A DNA stretch of 64,000 nt from Trichodelitschia bisporula (taxonomy: Eukaryota), in NCBI GenBank assembly GCA_010356995.1, contig ML996692.1, positions 507,933 to 571,932 of the forward strand, written 5' to 3'. A program made the translations under genes and the position numbers. Of this stretch, positions 35,843 through 49,367 are shown in pieces (the first letter of the stretch is position 1; each line of letters begins with the position of its first letter). The notes beneath the pieces were generated by a model. It saw only the letters and a list, made by a program, of their open reading frames with translations. It was not told where the DNA came from and searched no databases.

Positions 35843-38800
35843 ATGTCGAAACGCGGCGCGAATGACTACCTCACGAAGGATGGTCCAGCGCAAAACAACG
35901 GGATGAGTAGCGAGGAGGCTCCGCAGCGCGCCACTGCAGCGCAGCTGGCGCAAAGAAAGTAAGTAGATTCCGGAGGGACTGGCTTGGATGCAGAGTTCCC
36001 TGACAAGTGTTCCGTAATAGAATAAAGACCTTGAAAGGGAGAAAAGCCCCTCTCAACGCTGGACAACGATCCGCACCGGCCACGATGGGCAATTTCGCCG
36101 CTACTCCTTCGTTCGGATTTGGCGCGACCCAGCCGTCCCAGGCACAGGCGCCGGCGCCGGCCTTTGGTGGCTTTGGCGGGTTTGGGGGTTCGGCTACAGG
36201 GACGTTTGGGGCTACGGCACAAAGCTTCCCGCCTACGAACGGTGCTCCAACGACTGGAGCGCCGTCGTCGAACAACTCTTTCGGAGGGTTTGGCAGCAAC
36301 AACACCTCTGGTGCCTTCAACTTCGCCCCGCCGTCGGGTGGCTTCACATTTTCATCGGGTGGAAACAATCCCTTTGCGAAGGCTCCAGAACCAGCCCCAG
36401 CTGCGAACGGCTTCAGTGGAAGTATCTTCAACTTCAGCGCTGCGAGTCAGCAAACCTCCGCTCCTCCTACAGCAAGCATGTTTTCATCAACCGCTCCTAC
36501 GCAGGGTTCAGCAGCATCCACACCTGCAGTAAACTTCTTTGGCCAGACAAGCAGTGCAGCGCCAGTCTTCGGTTCGGGCCTTACACAGGCAAATAAGCCA
36601 GTAGAAACTCCCAGCTTCGGGGGGCTTTTTGGTCAACCAGCGAAACGGGAGCCTTTGAAGCCGATGTTCAATCAGGCAGACGATGATGCGATGCATATAT
36701 CGCCGGATAACTCGCCGATGGGTAAAGGACCTTCGAGACCCGCTTCGGGATTGTTCAAGTTTGGAAGCCCAAAGACCGCGGATGTTCAGAAAGAGAAGCC
36801 GGGGGCTGCAGAGCCATCGACAACGACGCCAGCACCGGCCTCAGGCTTGTCCAAGTTCGCGAACCAGTCTTCAAATACTGAGGCCGAGAAGCAAACAAGC
36901 ATGGCGGATACATCGACACCGGCGCTGGCAACAAAGCCGAATCTGTTTGCGGCGTTCGCTGCAGCATCGCCCTCTGCGCCTCCGGAGGGTGCGAAATCAC
37001 CAGAGAAGAAGTTCAACCTTTTCGCCGGGCTCAAGTCTCAAGCCCCTTCGACTGATGCTACGAAGCTCACTGGGGAGACGGCCAGCCCCTTTGCCGCATT
37101 CAAGCCAAGCGCGCAAACGGCACCGCCGACGGAAATACCGACCAAAAAGGTGCAGCCGCCTGCTCAGCCGCTACAGACGCCCAAGGAGCAACCGCTGTTC
37201 GGCTTCTTGGCCACCAGTGATGACGGAAAGGAAAAGATGGCCGGCGGAAAAGTCACTGCTCGGCCGGAGTCAGACGCACTAGCTGGTGGGAGCAGAATTG
37301 AATCGCAATCAACTCCGGCAGCATCTCTTTTCAAGTTCGCGCCCACTTTCCCTGCACCGTCTTCTAATCAGGAACCCGCAACACCACAGCAACAACAACC
37401 TGCGCCGGCAAACCCACCAACGGCGACATCCGCATTTTCATCAGCATTTACCCCGAAACCTTTCTTTTCTCCTGCCATGCCAACCCAAGCCGCCTTTACC
37501 TCAATTCCTGCGAATCAAAATCAGGAACCTCCCACCTCAACTCCACGTGCTGCGCCGGTCAGCACTGCTCCGGTCACAGCCGCTCCCCCCCCGAAGGCCC
37601 TTGACGTTGAAGCCGGCATGGACTACCACATCGACGTTGCCCCATCAAGTGCGGAGCAGGAAGCGCGCATGAGGGCCCTCGGTTTCCTCCCACCTTCACA
37701 GCGCACGGGCTTGAAATCGAAATGGCTCACCGAAGAGATCCGCAAGAACTTCCTCAGAGAAGAATCCATCCCTAAGCCTCCGCCAGGCGCGTCGGAAGAA
37801 CGAGTACAGTTTTGGAATCGCGACAAGAAGATTGAGTGTCTCAACGTCACTCTTAAGCAATTCTTTGACGAACAGGACGTCAAGAATCGCAACTTCCGAC
37901 GGAAGAACCTGATTCCACTGCTCGCCAACTACATCACAATGTTCGAGGAATTAACTTCACCGATTAGCGGACCCTACGCCGACACCTTTCTCAAATACGG
38001 AGAAGTCGAGGGGCCTCGCCGGTTTGCTGACGGCACCGCCGAGAACACAAAGCGTGACCGCGAGGAAGACGGCGAAGAAGACAGCGCCAAGCGTGTGAAG
38101 TCATCAATATCTCTTGCGCCTCCAGCTCGTGGTCGTTCCGGGGGTCAAACCAAGACCGACCCCTCTGGTAGCCCAGCGTCCAAGTCGGTCAACATCTTCG
38201 GCACGCAGATGACTCCTACGCCTTCCGCGCTTAGCACTCCCTCGTCGACGTTCCAATTCACGGCGCCTACGCCTTCCACTGTGCCCAACGCTGACGCCCC
38301 GGGAGTCAACGCGGAGATGAATAAGAGCATCACAGCTGCGCTTGAGAAGTTCAAAGCGGAAGCCCAGGAGAAAATCGCCGCTCTTGAGGCGGCGCAGAAA
38401 AAGATAACGGAAAGGTGTGAGGAGACTGTCAATCGGTACAAGGCTGAGACCCTCGAGGCGAGGGCTGGAGAGCAGCGCGCGCTGCAGGCTGCCCAAGAAA
38501 AGCTGCCTGCCCTTCAGTCGGAAAAGAAAGAGCCCGAAACAGGGCAATATCAGCATGCAGCCATCACCAGCATCGAGCAAGCCAACAACGAAGGGAATCT
38601 GGCACCTCCGAGCTTCAGTGGGTCGATTGGTTCCCGTGGACCCAGCCGGGATACTTCTGTGGGTGCAGCTAGCTCTATCTTCGACAGCTATAAGCCTGGG
38701 ACGCCCATTCAGATTGGTGCCAACAACATCTTTGGCGGCCTCGCTTCCAGCAAAGATGATGCGAAGGGCATGGACAATCAGGACGATAAGGACGATGATA

Positions 38801-39723
38801 AGGCAAGCGATTCAGAAAAGCCGAGCCTCTTCTCTCGCATAAGCGGTCCCGCCGGAGGTAGCAAGAATGCCTCTGGGCAAGCCCAACGGTTTGGAAGCGC
38901 GACTCCGACCAACGGTTTTGGGCAGCTGGCACCGTCGTCACCATTCACCTTCAAGAACTTTACCAACTCGTCTACCAAAGGGTTTGGCGCCCCCAGCTCG
39001 GATAATGGCAACAACCGGCCGGACGAAACTCAGACCTTGGAGATCAAGTCGCCTGTGCCATCAAAGCCGTCTCACATGCTCACCCGCGACAATGAAAAGC
39101 CTTCGACGTCGTCTCTCTTCTCATTTGCCCCGCCCCCGACCAGTAATTCTACCCCTGTCCCCACGCTGTTCAGCTTCGGTGGTCCATCGAGCTTCACCGC
39201 TCCACGGCCTGACAGCAACGCGGCCACATCCCTTACTCCGTTTAGCTTCACTCCAGCGTCTAATTCTGCCGCTGGGTCGAGGAGTGCCAACGGGTCTACG
39301 GCTGCCCGAAGTCCTTCGCCATCCGGTGAGGGTTCGGAGGGTAACGGCTCCGACGGTGAGCCTGCCGGGGTCGATGCCCTTTTCGAAGAGGACATCAAGG
39401 GCCACGAGGTGCTCTTCGAACCCGAAGTCTGCAAAGCACTGAAGTTTGAGGGTGGGAAGTACGAACTGAAGGGAGTCGGCCCGATCATCGTCCGACGCAA
39501 CGAAGAGTCAAAGGCCGGAAGCATTCTCATGAGGACTGAAGGTAACGGCAAAGTCGTTCTCAACACAAGGCTCGTGAGCACTACCAACTACAAGGTGAAC
39601 GGGAAGCGCGTCATTCTCCCTGTAGCAACTTCCGGTGGTGGTCTGGAGACTTGGTGCATCACATTCACCGATGCGGCGAACGTGCAGGCCCTTGCGGATG
39701 CGTGCCAGTCGGGCAAGCAATGA
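35843..39723 (+). CDS. NUP2: Nucleoporin Nup2/Nup50 (NUP50 N-terminal domain, FG/FxF repeats, C-terminal RanBP1 domain), 2 exons
   Basis: Exon 1 MSKRGANDYLTKD...PQRATAAQLAQRK|IKTLK with intron 35959-36020. Many FG/FSF repeats and a C-terminal RanBD (KGVGPI...ILMRTEGNGKVVLN). Confidence 0.88.
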
Positions 39724-40750
39724 GTTTTTCATCCACTGGTTTATCTGCATACCCAACGGTTTCCCTAATCATCATCGAGCGGCGTCTTGAAATTCGTGGG
39801 GATTTTGCATGGAACGGGATTTCGCGGGAGAACATGGGAGGGGATGGGGTCCTGTGTGTACCATAATCGATTGTATTTGTTTAGCCATGGTGTCATGTTT
39901 CCTGCATTGACAGGCGTTTGCTTTTTTCCTTACTGTCGAGATATCCAAGCAGAAGGGTGACGATGATTGTGATCCCCACTGCAGCTGTATCGGCGGTACT
40001 CAAAATAAGCTAGACAAGATTCTAGTCTCTGATGGAAGTTGAGTGAAAGCAGTTGAGATACGTACTTATCTTGTCTTTCTGCGACGACTATGCTATGCAC
40101 AGCTGGCGACTTCGCTGCTTTGCAACTGTGAGCATTTGGATATCGCCACCCGCTTGCATGGGCTTGCATTGATATGCTGCACTTGCATGGTTTATATAAG
40201 CAAGCCCCTTCCTTGTGGTATGTCGTCGAGTGTTGCAGCCTTTTGTTTTGCTGCCTGTTGATGCGTCGTTGCCTGTTGACTTTGCTTGGGGGTTCTGCTG
40301 TCGCCTTCTTTCCCATATTACTGCGCCACTGTTGGTTCGCCTGCAACCTTGACCGGCTGTTGTGAAAGGGGCGGGCGAAGAAACTCACAACTCGCGCCCG
40401 CCTTTCTGTGTGACTCCATCCTGGCCCAGTGTTGCCTTGCGCAGCTCCTTCTTTCCTCTTTCCGTCTCTTTTTTGTGTTTTTCTTTAGGGTATAAAAAAC
40501 GCTGCACCAGACAATAATACTCGTACCTTCTGCAGTCTACGGTTGCGCCTGCCAGTAGTGCAGGCAACCTTAACCTCAACCCATCACCCATCACCTGCAA
40601 CACCAAAAAGCCGGGCAACCACCCACCCAAATCCCAACATTCGCATGCTCACCCTCCTCATCAACAGCTGGTCATCTTCAAGGCTCTCTTGGTCATAGTT
40701 TTCTTCTACATTGCTTACCCAGCCTTTCTCCCCTATCGTCATCGTTCGCA

Positions 40751-42676
40751 ATGGCTACCCCGCCGCCTCCATCACAAGTAGGGTCTGCATTGCTGCAAGG
40801 CAATCATATGCCCGGCATCACGTCAGATGCAATGCCTCTCCACCCGCTGAGATCTGGGTACAACCTCGCCATGTACATAGTTAAGAACGTACTGGGGCTT
40901 GATCCGTCCATTGTCATCAATCTCAGCATCGCTCTCGCCGCGATAACGACATTCGGTCGCTACATCAAAAATTACGTCCACAGATTTCTGGTCCAGACAA
41001 TAATCTCCCAAGTGCATATTCACGAGGACGATGCGCTCTATCAGTACGTCATGAAGTGGATGACTGACCGCCATCTTGAGCGTAAGGTGTTCCGCTCCGT
41101 CAAAGCGAACACCATGGCCAAGGTCACGGTTGAAGATGACGAGGCCGCCTTCGCTGCCATGACCAAAACGAAGCTTGACATGGACAAGCCCATCAGCTAC
41201 CGCACTATGATCGGCCGCTCACCAATCCGGTTCCAACCCCATTCTATGTCACATATCTTCATCCATCGTCGCAACATCTTCATTTTCCGCCATGGTGTGC
41301 GGTCCATCCCCGTAACCGGCCACCCGCTGATGGCAATGGGCCCGCGCGGGAATGCCTTCCGCAACTCCGGCGAGATCACCATCGAAGTTCTATCCCGCTC
41401 GCTAGCCCCCATCAAGGCCCTTCTTGAAGAAGCCCAGACGTATTTCCTCGACAAGGCCATCCACACGACTACCATCTTCCGCGGCACCGGTGGCATGTGG
41501 ATGCGCATCTCATCGCGTCCTAGCCGCGGTATCGACACCGTCATCCTTGAGAAGGCGAAGAAGCAAGCCCTCCTTCGTGACATTAACGAATACCTCCATC
41601 CGAACACGCGGCGCTGGTATGCGAACCAGGGCATCCCGTACCGGCGCGGCTATCTTTTCTCTGGCCCGCCAGGTACAGGCAAAACCAGTCTGACATCCGC
41701 CATTGCTGGCGTCTTCGGCTTGGACATCTATTATCTCTCGCTTCTTGATCAGTTCGTGACGGAAGAACTCTTCGTGCGACTGTTCTCCACCGTGCCCTCG
41801 CGCTGCATCGTGCTGCTTGAAGACATCGATTCCGCGGGCCTGAAGCGCGAAAAGCCCAACAAGAGAAGAAAGGACTACCAAGGCCAGCAGCGCATCACGC
41901 TGTCCGGTCTCCTCAACGCCATCGACGGCGTCTCCTCCTCCGAAGGCCGCATCCTCGTGATGACCACCAACCACCCGGAAGCCCTGGACCCTGCCCTCAT
42001 TCGCCCAGGCCGCATAGACATGCACGTTGCATTCGCCCTTCCGCACCGCCCCGAGATGGAGGAAATGTTCTGCCGCATGTACCGCGGACTGACCGACAAA
42101 GCCGAGGAGCGCAGCAAGGCGCTCACCGGGACGGCTGTCGCGACTTCCGAGGACGGCGCTGCGGAGCCCGAGGCCGCGTCCGAGAGCAAGGGCAAGGCCG
42201 AGGCTGAGGCTGAGGCCGAGAAGAAAGCTTCGCACATCCCTGCTCTCTGCGGCTTCCGTCCCGCTCCCCCACCCCCCAGTTCGGAGGAACTGCAGGCGCT
42301 GGCGGTTGCGTTCGCGCAGGCACTGCCCGAGGGGAAGCTCAGTTTGGCTGCGATACAGGGCTACCTGCTGAAGCATAAGGGCGATCCCCGCGAGGCGAGC
42401 AAGAACGCGGGCGCGTGGTGGGAGAGTGAAGAGGCGGATCGGATTGCGAAGGAGGAGGAAGAGGCGCGGGCTGAGGCAGAGGAGAAGAAGGCGGCGCAGA
42501 GGAGTGAGGCTAATGGAAAGGAGAAAAAGGACGGGGATGAGGGTGTCAATGGCGTCAGTGAGGGGAGTGGGAGCGAAACAAGCGATGATGCCAGCGCCAT
42601 TGACAGTATCAACTTCCGTAACCCTGGCATGTTCCCTATACCGATACCGCGCACCGCGGACATGGCAATGGGGTAG
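40751..42676 (+). CDS. BCS1-like AAA+ ATPase (intronless)
   Basis: N-terminal TM segment and BCS1_N-like region, WYANQGIPYRRGYLFSGPPGTGKTS (Walker A), IVLLEDID (Walker B), LSGLLNAIDG and TTNHPEALDPALIRPGRID. TATAAAA at 40491. Confidence 0.92.
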   Translation: MATPPPPSQVGSALLQGNHMPGITSDAMPLHPLRSGYNLAMYIVKNVLGLDPSIVINLSIALAAITTFGRYIKNYVHRFLVQTIISQVHIHEDDALYQYVMKWMTDRHLERKVFRSVKANTMAKVTVEDDEAAFAAMTKTKLDMDKPISYRTMIGRSPIRFQPHSMSHIFIHRRNIFIFRHGVRSIPVTGHPLMAMGPRGNAFRNSGEITIEVLSRSLAPIKALLEEAQTYFLDKAIHTTTIFRGTGGMWMRISSRPSRGIDTVILEKAKKQALLRDINEYLHPNTRRWYANQGIPYRRGYLFSGPPGTGKTSLTSAIAGVFGLDIYYLSLLDQFVTEELFVRLFSTVPSRCIVLLEDIDSAGLKREKPNKRRKDYQGQQRITLSGLLNAIDGVSSSEGRILVMTTNHPEALDPALIRPGRIDMHVAFALPHRPEMEEMFCRMYRGLTDKAEERSKALTGTAVATSEDGAAEPEAASESKGKAEAEAEAEKKASHIPALCGFRPAPPPPSSEELQALAVAFAQALPEGKLSLAAIQGYLLKHKGDPREASKNAGAWWESEEADRIAKEEEEARAEAEEKKAAQRSEANGKEKKDGDEGVNGVSEGSGSETSDDASAIDSINFRNPGMFPIPIPRTADMAMG

Positions 42677-43647
42677 GGACGGATTTTGAACTTATCAGCG
42701 TCTCTCCTTAGCCTTCGCTGACGTTACTAGTCCTAGTACCTTGACGTCCATGATGCAGCGTCTCGGCGAGGATCTTCGTCGATCCAGCGAGCATTGAGAC
42801 TCACGCTTTCCGCTATTCATATTATGTCAGCATAGGGTGCGCAGCGGGCGTTTCTTGCGGTTCGGATAGCTTTGCTGCCGGGAAATAGATACGGACTCGT
42901 CGGCAGGGTGATTTGCACTGCCGGGCAATGAAGGATGGCGTCGTGATGTCGTGATGTCGTGATGTTGTACGTTGTCCCTTAAACCGGGTCCACGGGCTCA
43001 TTCGGATGTACCCGGCGCTACATCCGGTGGGTCCGCACGCGGGCCGGGGCCTAGGGTGGGCCTGGCTCCCTATCATCGTTCACGACTCGTGACTACGCGA
43101 GACAACCCACGGCCTCAGACATTCATGCCTCTCGCAATTAGAGGGAAGCCAAAGATTCATGAGTGTTACAAGCGAGCGAGCGCAATATCTTGGTCTATCC
43201 TTTGAGGCGCCGTTCTACATTATCGTCTCTTCCGGTGCTTGTGAGCTCGTATCAGTTGGTGCTTTCACCAGATCCCCGAGGGATGGGTCAATGATCTGGG
43301 TCTTCGACCAGAGACTGGCATCCAAGATCATCGACCCACCCGTGCAGTCCAAATTGTTGAAAAGCTGATTACCAGACATGACGTCAGATCTATCAAGCCA
43401 TAACCGAAACCACGACAACACCAATGCAACGAACAACCAGCACCAACGAGCAAAAGACGCCGCATAACCCTCTGCCCAAAGCCCAATACAAAAAGAATGT
43501 ACCCAGTTTTCCCAACCACACATGCACCGAATGCAATGAACGTCTCTGATCCCAGCACGCAAATACAAAAAGTGTAGTCCCTAAACGTACTAAGAACGCC
43601 GCCTAAATCCACCCCATGATTACTCCACTACACACTAGATCTTGGTC

Positions 43648-45434
43648 CTAACCAAGTCTCGGCCACATTTTCCCCACTACTTTCCGCCACACCGGCGCCC
43701 TCGCTGCCTCCGCCTCGAGCATCCGCTCCCGTATCTCGGCACCTTGGGCCCGCAGTGCCGCTGCGCTATCCGGGGGCGCGAGCGAAGTACCACCTGAGGA
43801 AGGCGGCCGCACGCGCACCGGCGCCGGCACCTCCGTCGTAGGCAGAACGGGGGCAACGGCGCCCGTGCCGGCGCCGGAGGAAGACCGGACCACGGAGCGG
43901 GGAAAGCGTAAAACCTCGCGAATGCTGGGCGGGTCGTGCGGGTGCAGGTTGCGGCGCATGCGGCGGAGGAGGCGCTCGCGGCGCACCATGGCGTTGGTGA
44001 TGGGGGGCGAGTAGTCGGCTGGCAGGACGGAGAGCTTGCACATGGGGCAGAGGGAGGAGTTTTGCCGGAGGAAGGGGTCAATGCATTCCGGGTGGAAGAT
44101 GTGGTGGCAGGGGAGTTCGCGGATGCGGGTTTCGTAGGGGGTGAAGTCGTCGAGGCAGATGGCGCAGGTGGGTTGGGAGAAGGGGGCGGGGTGGGGGGGG
44201 AGTTCTTTGGAGGGTTCGGAGAGAGGGGGGTCGGCTGGGGGGAGGGGTGAGGGTTGGGAGGCGATTGGGTTGGTAGGGCTGTTGGGGTTGTTGGGGTTGG
44301 AGCTTGGAGCTTCGGGCTTGCTGGAGGGAGGCTCGAGGGGGGCGGGTGATGACGTGGGAGGAGAAGATTGAGTGGAGGTATCGGAAGAGGACTTGGGAAC
44401 TGCGTTGTCAGATACAAAGGTGTATAGAGGCATTTGCTGCAGGACACTGGCTGGGACGGTGACTCTCCGAATGCCTAGCGCCTCGATGTCAACCTCGCCG
44501 CTGATTACCCGACGTCGTAGGGCTTCTCGTCGTTTACGTTGAAGCCATTGCAGGAAAAAGGATGTGACGGCGATTATCATAATGAGTATGCCCAAGACGA
44601 TGAGTAAGAACACCCAGAGGCTGGGGAGACTGTTATGTCCAGCTGTTCACGGTCAGAAGCGAACCCGATGGAGGAGGGACTGGAAGCTCGGCTTACAAAC
44701 TTCAACCTCCGCCGCCAGCCGGATGTACGACCTGGGATCGATGTGCTGTGAAAGTATTTCTCCATTAGGCATATTGGTGACATTATCCGAGTAGTAGGCA
44801 AGGTTCTGCATTATAAGTCCACCGGTGGAACCAGAAATAGCAAAGACGGGATACCGATATGTTGTCTTCCACCGCCCCCCATCCCCAATGCTCCATCGCG
44901 CATTGTTGGCCAGAGGCGGGATAGCGGTGCTGTTGTCGGGCAGGTAGAAGATAAAAGTTTTGACGGGATCCATCTGGGCGGCGGCCATATACGCAAGAGT
45001 GCAGCTGGGATTTATCCATGGTGCAAGGGCGATAAGGTTGATGCTGTTGGTATCTGGGAGATTTACTCTGCGTGTGGCATTTACTGGAATTAGCCCGGCC
45101 GCTTCCGGGCATTGGCCGCGGTGCAGAGTGGGTACGTAGAGGAGGCCATCCAAATCCTCGCCGGGACTTGATGCGGTGGTGGAGAGGGTTCGGATCTTGC
45201 TGTTTTCTTGGAGGGAGAATGACAATGATGTCTACACCGACGGTTAGCAGGCAGACGAGACCAGCGGGACGGGGAATAAGCACATCTACTGGCTTAAAGT
45301 TTTCTTGCAGGATGCCAAAGTAGCCCGGGTCCGGGAAGGATAAAGTTAAGACGGTAAGACCTAGAGCAGCTGTGATGCCGATTGAATCAGACATGTCGGC
45401 ACATTAAGGTACGCAAGAGAGCCGACGTACTCAT
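43648..45434 (-). CDS. Single-TM RING-H2 E3 ligase with PA-like lumenal region, 4 exons
   Basis: 4-nt first coding exon ATGA (45431-45434), GLLYVP, IALAPW, TM LPSLWVFLLIVLGIL..., and RING-H2 CAICLDDF...RELPCHHIFHPECID...CPMC. Confidence 0.88.
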
Positions 45435-46892
45435 GGCTGCTCAGACCATTGTTGACGACGCGGTCAACGCATGTATGAGGGGCGGATCGCGTGTCGGATT
45501 CAAAGGTGGCTGGGCGATTCGGGGAAGTCAAGGATTTCAATACGGCAAGCAAGGAGGGCGCAAAACGATAGCGTGCGAGTTGCGAGGTTGAAAAGGATGA
45601 ATAAGGTTGGGAAGAGGAGATGGGACTAAGAGGACAAGCGATAAGGATGCGGATGAGATGGGAGATGGGGGGAGAGGATGTGGGTAGGATGAAGTCAAGG
45701 GCGGCTGTGGTGTGGTATGGTGGGCAGGCGGTTCGGGGGCTTTGGGGGGCGTTTGGAGGGTATGGGTATGGCATGCAGTGGGGAGGGCTCAGTTCTAGTG
45801 GATTTGCTAGGGTGTGCGTGGATCACAAAGGCTACTCATCCTATTAGGGAGGAGAAGAAGGGAGGGGTTGGGAGGCAGGGCGAGGATTGGGAACGGGGAG
45901 CGGGTGAATTTGGAGACGGAGCGAGGGGGAGCGAAGGGGGGGAGGGGGGAGAGCGAGGCCAGCAGAATGGACTTTTGGAATCGAATTGGGGCTGGGAACA
46001 GGAGATGTGAAGGGCTGGAACTCTTTGGGGAAGTTTTGACACGAAGATTGAGGTGTAGGAGGAGAGCCTGGGGTCCCGAGTCGACAACATGATGATCAAA
46101 GCACCACACGCTTCGAGTGTGTCCGCTTCTTTTCTCCCTCTCCTCGTCCCCTTCAAGATCAGCACCTCGAGGGAACGAGGATAGAGAGGAGACAATGGAT
46201 GAACAACAAGAGAGAGGTTATGAAGATCTGAATATAAAAGAAAGCCTTTGATGCCGAGCCGGGTACGGCCAACCCAAGCGAAGGACACCGTACATCCGTA
46301 AAAGCTTGTTATCCCCCCCGTGCCCCCAATTCTCCCCTCACCCCCCCCCCCCCCCCCCAGATCGTCCACTCACCACCAACTCTCGGAGAAGCCAGACGCC
46401 ATCCATCCCGTCTCGCGTCTCCACCCACGCAACCGCACCCCCTCCCCTTCCTTTAATTCCATCCAACCAAGAGGAAGCAACAGCAACAGCAGATCCAAAA
46501 GCCTCTTCGAAACGGTAGATACCAAGGTATCTACCCGCCTTGGCTCATGAAGCTTAGCATCAACCTTCTTGCTCTTGCCATCAGCCGCAAAAGCGTGACT
46601 ACCCAAGAGGACTGTGGCTTGCCTTCTGAACTGCAGGCGCGGCGGCAACCTGTTGATTCAGACGACACGCTTCTCTCTCTCCCCCACCTTTCCATCGCCC
46701 ATCTACCTCCGTATACCATCTCATCTCCTGGCCGTGATCCCGTACCGTCGCATCTCATCGCAACCCATTCCCTTCGTCTTTGCCACTTGTTTACGTCCCG
46801 TCAGCTCTCGTGCACATTTTCGCAATCCCCAGCAACCCCTACGGCACCCAACCCACAGTAACCCCCAAGCGTCCGTTCGTCCGCCCGTCGCA

Positions 46893-49059
46893 ATGCCGAC
46901 GCCTGCGCCTGGCAAGGGCAAAGGCAAGGCGGCGCGTCCCCAACAGCAAGACGTGTCTGCACAGGCTCCTCGTCGCTCGCGCAGCCGTAACTCAACACCA
47001 GTGTCGGCCAGCTCCACCTCCCACACGGTCGAAACCAACCCTCCATACATTACCACTTCGCTGACTTCAGGCCCCGTCCTCTCCAACAGCCCCGTCGAGG
47101 ACATCTTCGACGCGTACAGCAAGGCAGCGGGCAGCCCTCCCTCTGCTGGCGCTCTTCGCCTCATCACCGAAAATGTCAAGTCTCAGCTCCTTGGCACTGT
47201 CAAGCCGCGCATCGATACTTGCGAACGCCTAATCCGGGAATTGCACATGCGGAGGAAAGAGCGAACCGAGCGCGACCGTCAGCGGGAAAGAATGGCCCGC
47301 GACGCTGAGGAACGCCGGCTCACCAAGGCAAGAGCAACCCCGCGAAAGAAGGACCGCGAAGAAATGGCGCGCCCGCTGGCGGTCGGTGCGCACGGTGTCG
47401 CCCGTCAGGATGGTGTTGACCTCCACAAAGGTGCGCATCAAACTCATTCTTATTTCTGTCACCCCGCTCGGCGGCCCTCCGTGCGTGCACATGCCGACTG
47501 GCACTGTGCTTTCCCCGCATTGCTTCGCCTTATTTCCTCACCTACCTCTTTTGCCCTACTGCCTTCTCGGCGTACTGTGTCTCGGTGCACGAGCGCGCCG
47601 TACCGCTCGACGCCGTCGTTATATCTTTCTGCGAGCTCCATGGAGCTGTGCTACAATGTCAACATGCCGAGAAATCTATGATTCCCACAACACCAAGCTG
47701 ATTCCCGTAGCAGAGACTACATCTTCCTCAATATCATCGCCCTCGTCGCAACCACCTGCGTCCACCACAGATACAATAAAGCCTGGCGCGTCGCCAACTT
47801 CACCAATGACTCCTCATCAGCCTCCACCGGCTCCCACCATTCCACAGTACCAGATCTTCGGGGACGATCCGACAGCGTTCCCCGACCCGACCATTTACGA
47901 GATTCGCCCCATCACACCGGGTATGACGGAGGAGGAGAAGAAGGAGATCCTCGGGGTCTCCTCATACCCCGCCTCAAACCTCCACCATCTCACGCCGGGC
48001 ATCCCGCCGAATCGCGACTTCAGCAATGCTAAGCCGATGAACCAAGTCAACGCGCAGACGTTCCATAATTACGTGGAACCTTTCATTCGTCCCCTGACCG
48101 AGGAAGATCGCGCCTTTCTCCTTGAGCGTGGTGACCGAACCAAAGCCTTCGTGATGCCGAAGCGCGGCCGCCACTACAAGGAGGTCTGGGCGGAGGAAGA
48201 TGGGGGAATGGCGGTTGACTTCAACTTGGACAAACTGCCTGCGAATGTAGCTCGAGGAGATGGCATTGAAGCCATGGATGACGCAGCGGCTGAAACGGAC
48301 GAGCTCTCTGCTGGTCCTATGGTTGCGCGTCTGTTGGCTACCCTTCGCTCGGATCCCTTCTCCACGAACACCAACGATGCTGTCAACGGTGACGCGATGG
48401 ACATTGACGGCGAAACACAGCCTACCCCGCAACCCGGTGATGCCAAGGCTGAAGTCCCCGCCACAGCTTTCCCTGAGGCGACTTGGAAGAATGCACCTCC
48501 GGTCCCGCGCCAAGACTATGAATCCCTGGACGACCGCGTCATGGCTGAGCTCCGCAACATGGGCTTCCTCGGACCTTCAGACACGCCTGACTACGACAGT
48601 GGGGCTGACGATGAAGTTGCTGCGCGCCTGCGCTTCCTGCAAGAGGAGCTTCGCCGTGTCTCCATCATCAATGGCGCTCGCAAGGCCCGTGTCTTGGAAG
48701 TCGCTGATGGCTGGATGGCCGCCCAGGAGTACCAGACCATTGCGGACGACCTCGACAACCAGCTCAATCAAGCCTACCTGAAGCGCAACCGGAATATCGG
48801 CAAGAAGACCAAGCAGGTCAAGCGGCCGGGTGGTGCCGGCGGCGGCAGCCATCCCATCGGCGTGGCGCGTCCCGGCGGTCATGGCGTCGGCGAGCCCATC
48901 CGCAACCTCATGGATCGGCGCGACAAGTGGAATGGCTGGATTGGCCCCGTGGTCAACTACGGCAAGGTTGGCATTCCTTCTGAGACGCTGTTCGACGATG
49001 GAACCATGAAGAAGCTGGAGGCTCGGGAGCAGGAGAGCTGGGGTGAAGGCGAAGAATAG
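46893..49059 (+). CDS. NGG1: SAGA/ADA histone acetyltransferase subunit Ngg1/Ada3, 2 exons
   Basis: RPLAVGAHGVARQDG, FPDPTIYEI, PPNRDFSNAKP.NQV, RPLTEED.AFL, DDEVAARLR.LQEEL and QEYQTIADDLDNQLNQAYLKR. 280-nt intron 47431-47710 with a NAGNAG acceptor. Confidence 0.93.
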
Positions 49060-49367
49060 ATGGATGGGCGCTCACGTGGAGTTATTACGGAGTTTCGGGT
49101 GGAAAAACAGGACTCGGACGTTTATGGCGGTTTAACCTAGTTTCGGTGACCAGCAGCTGCTGTATGTCTCATGATTGCACTCAGTCCTAGTTCTGTCCGG
49201 TCCCTGCATGCGGCCGTAACAAGAATACCAGTCACTTTATAAAGCTTTGAGTTGAGAGTGTCCGTGAAGATTGAGATGGAGGTGAGCAGTATCATCTATG
49301 AACTTAGAGCCGTATTTCGTAGTGCGTATCTTGTAGCGCACACAAGCACGCTCCACATTCCGCATCC

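Noticed and set aside
41510..42376. 288-aa antisense ORF to the BCS1-like gene
   Set aside because: Mirror-frame artefact of GC3-rich codons.
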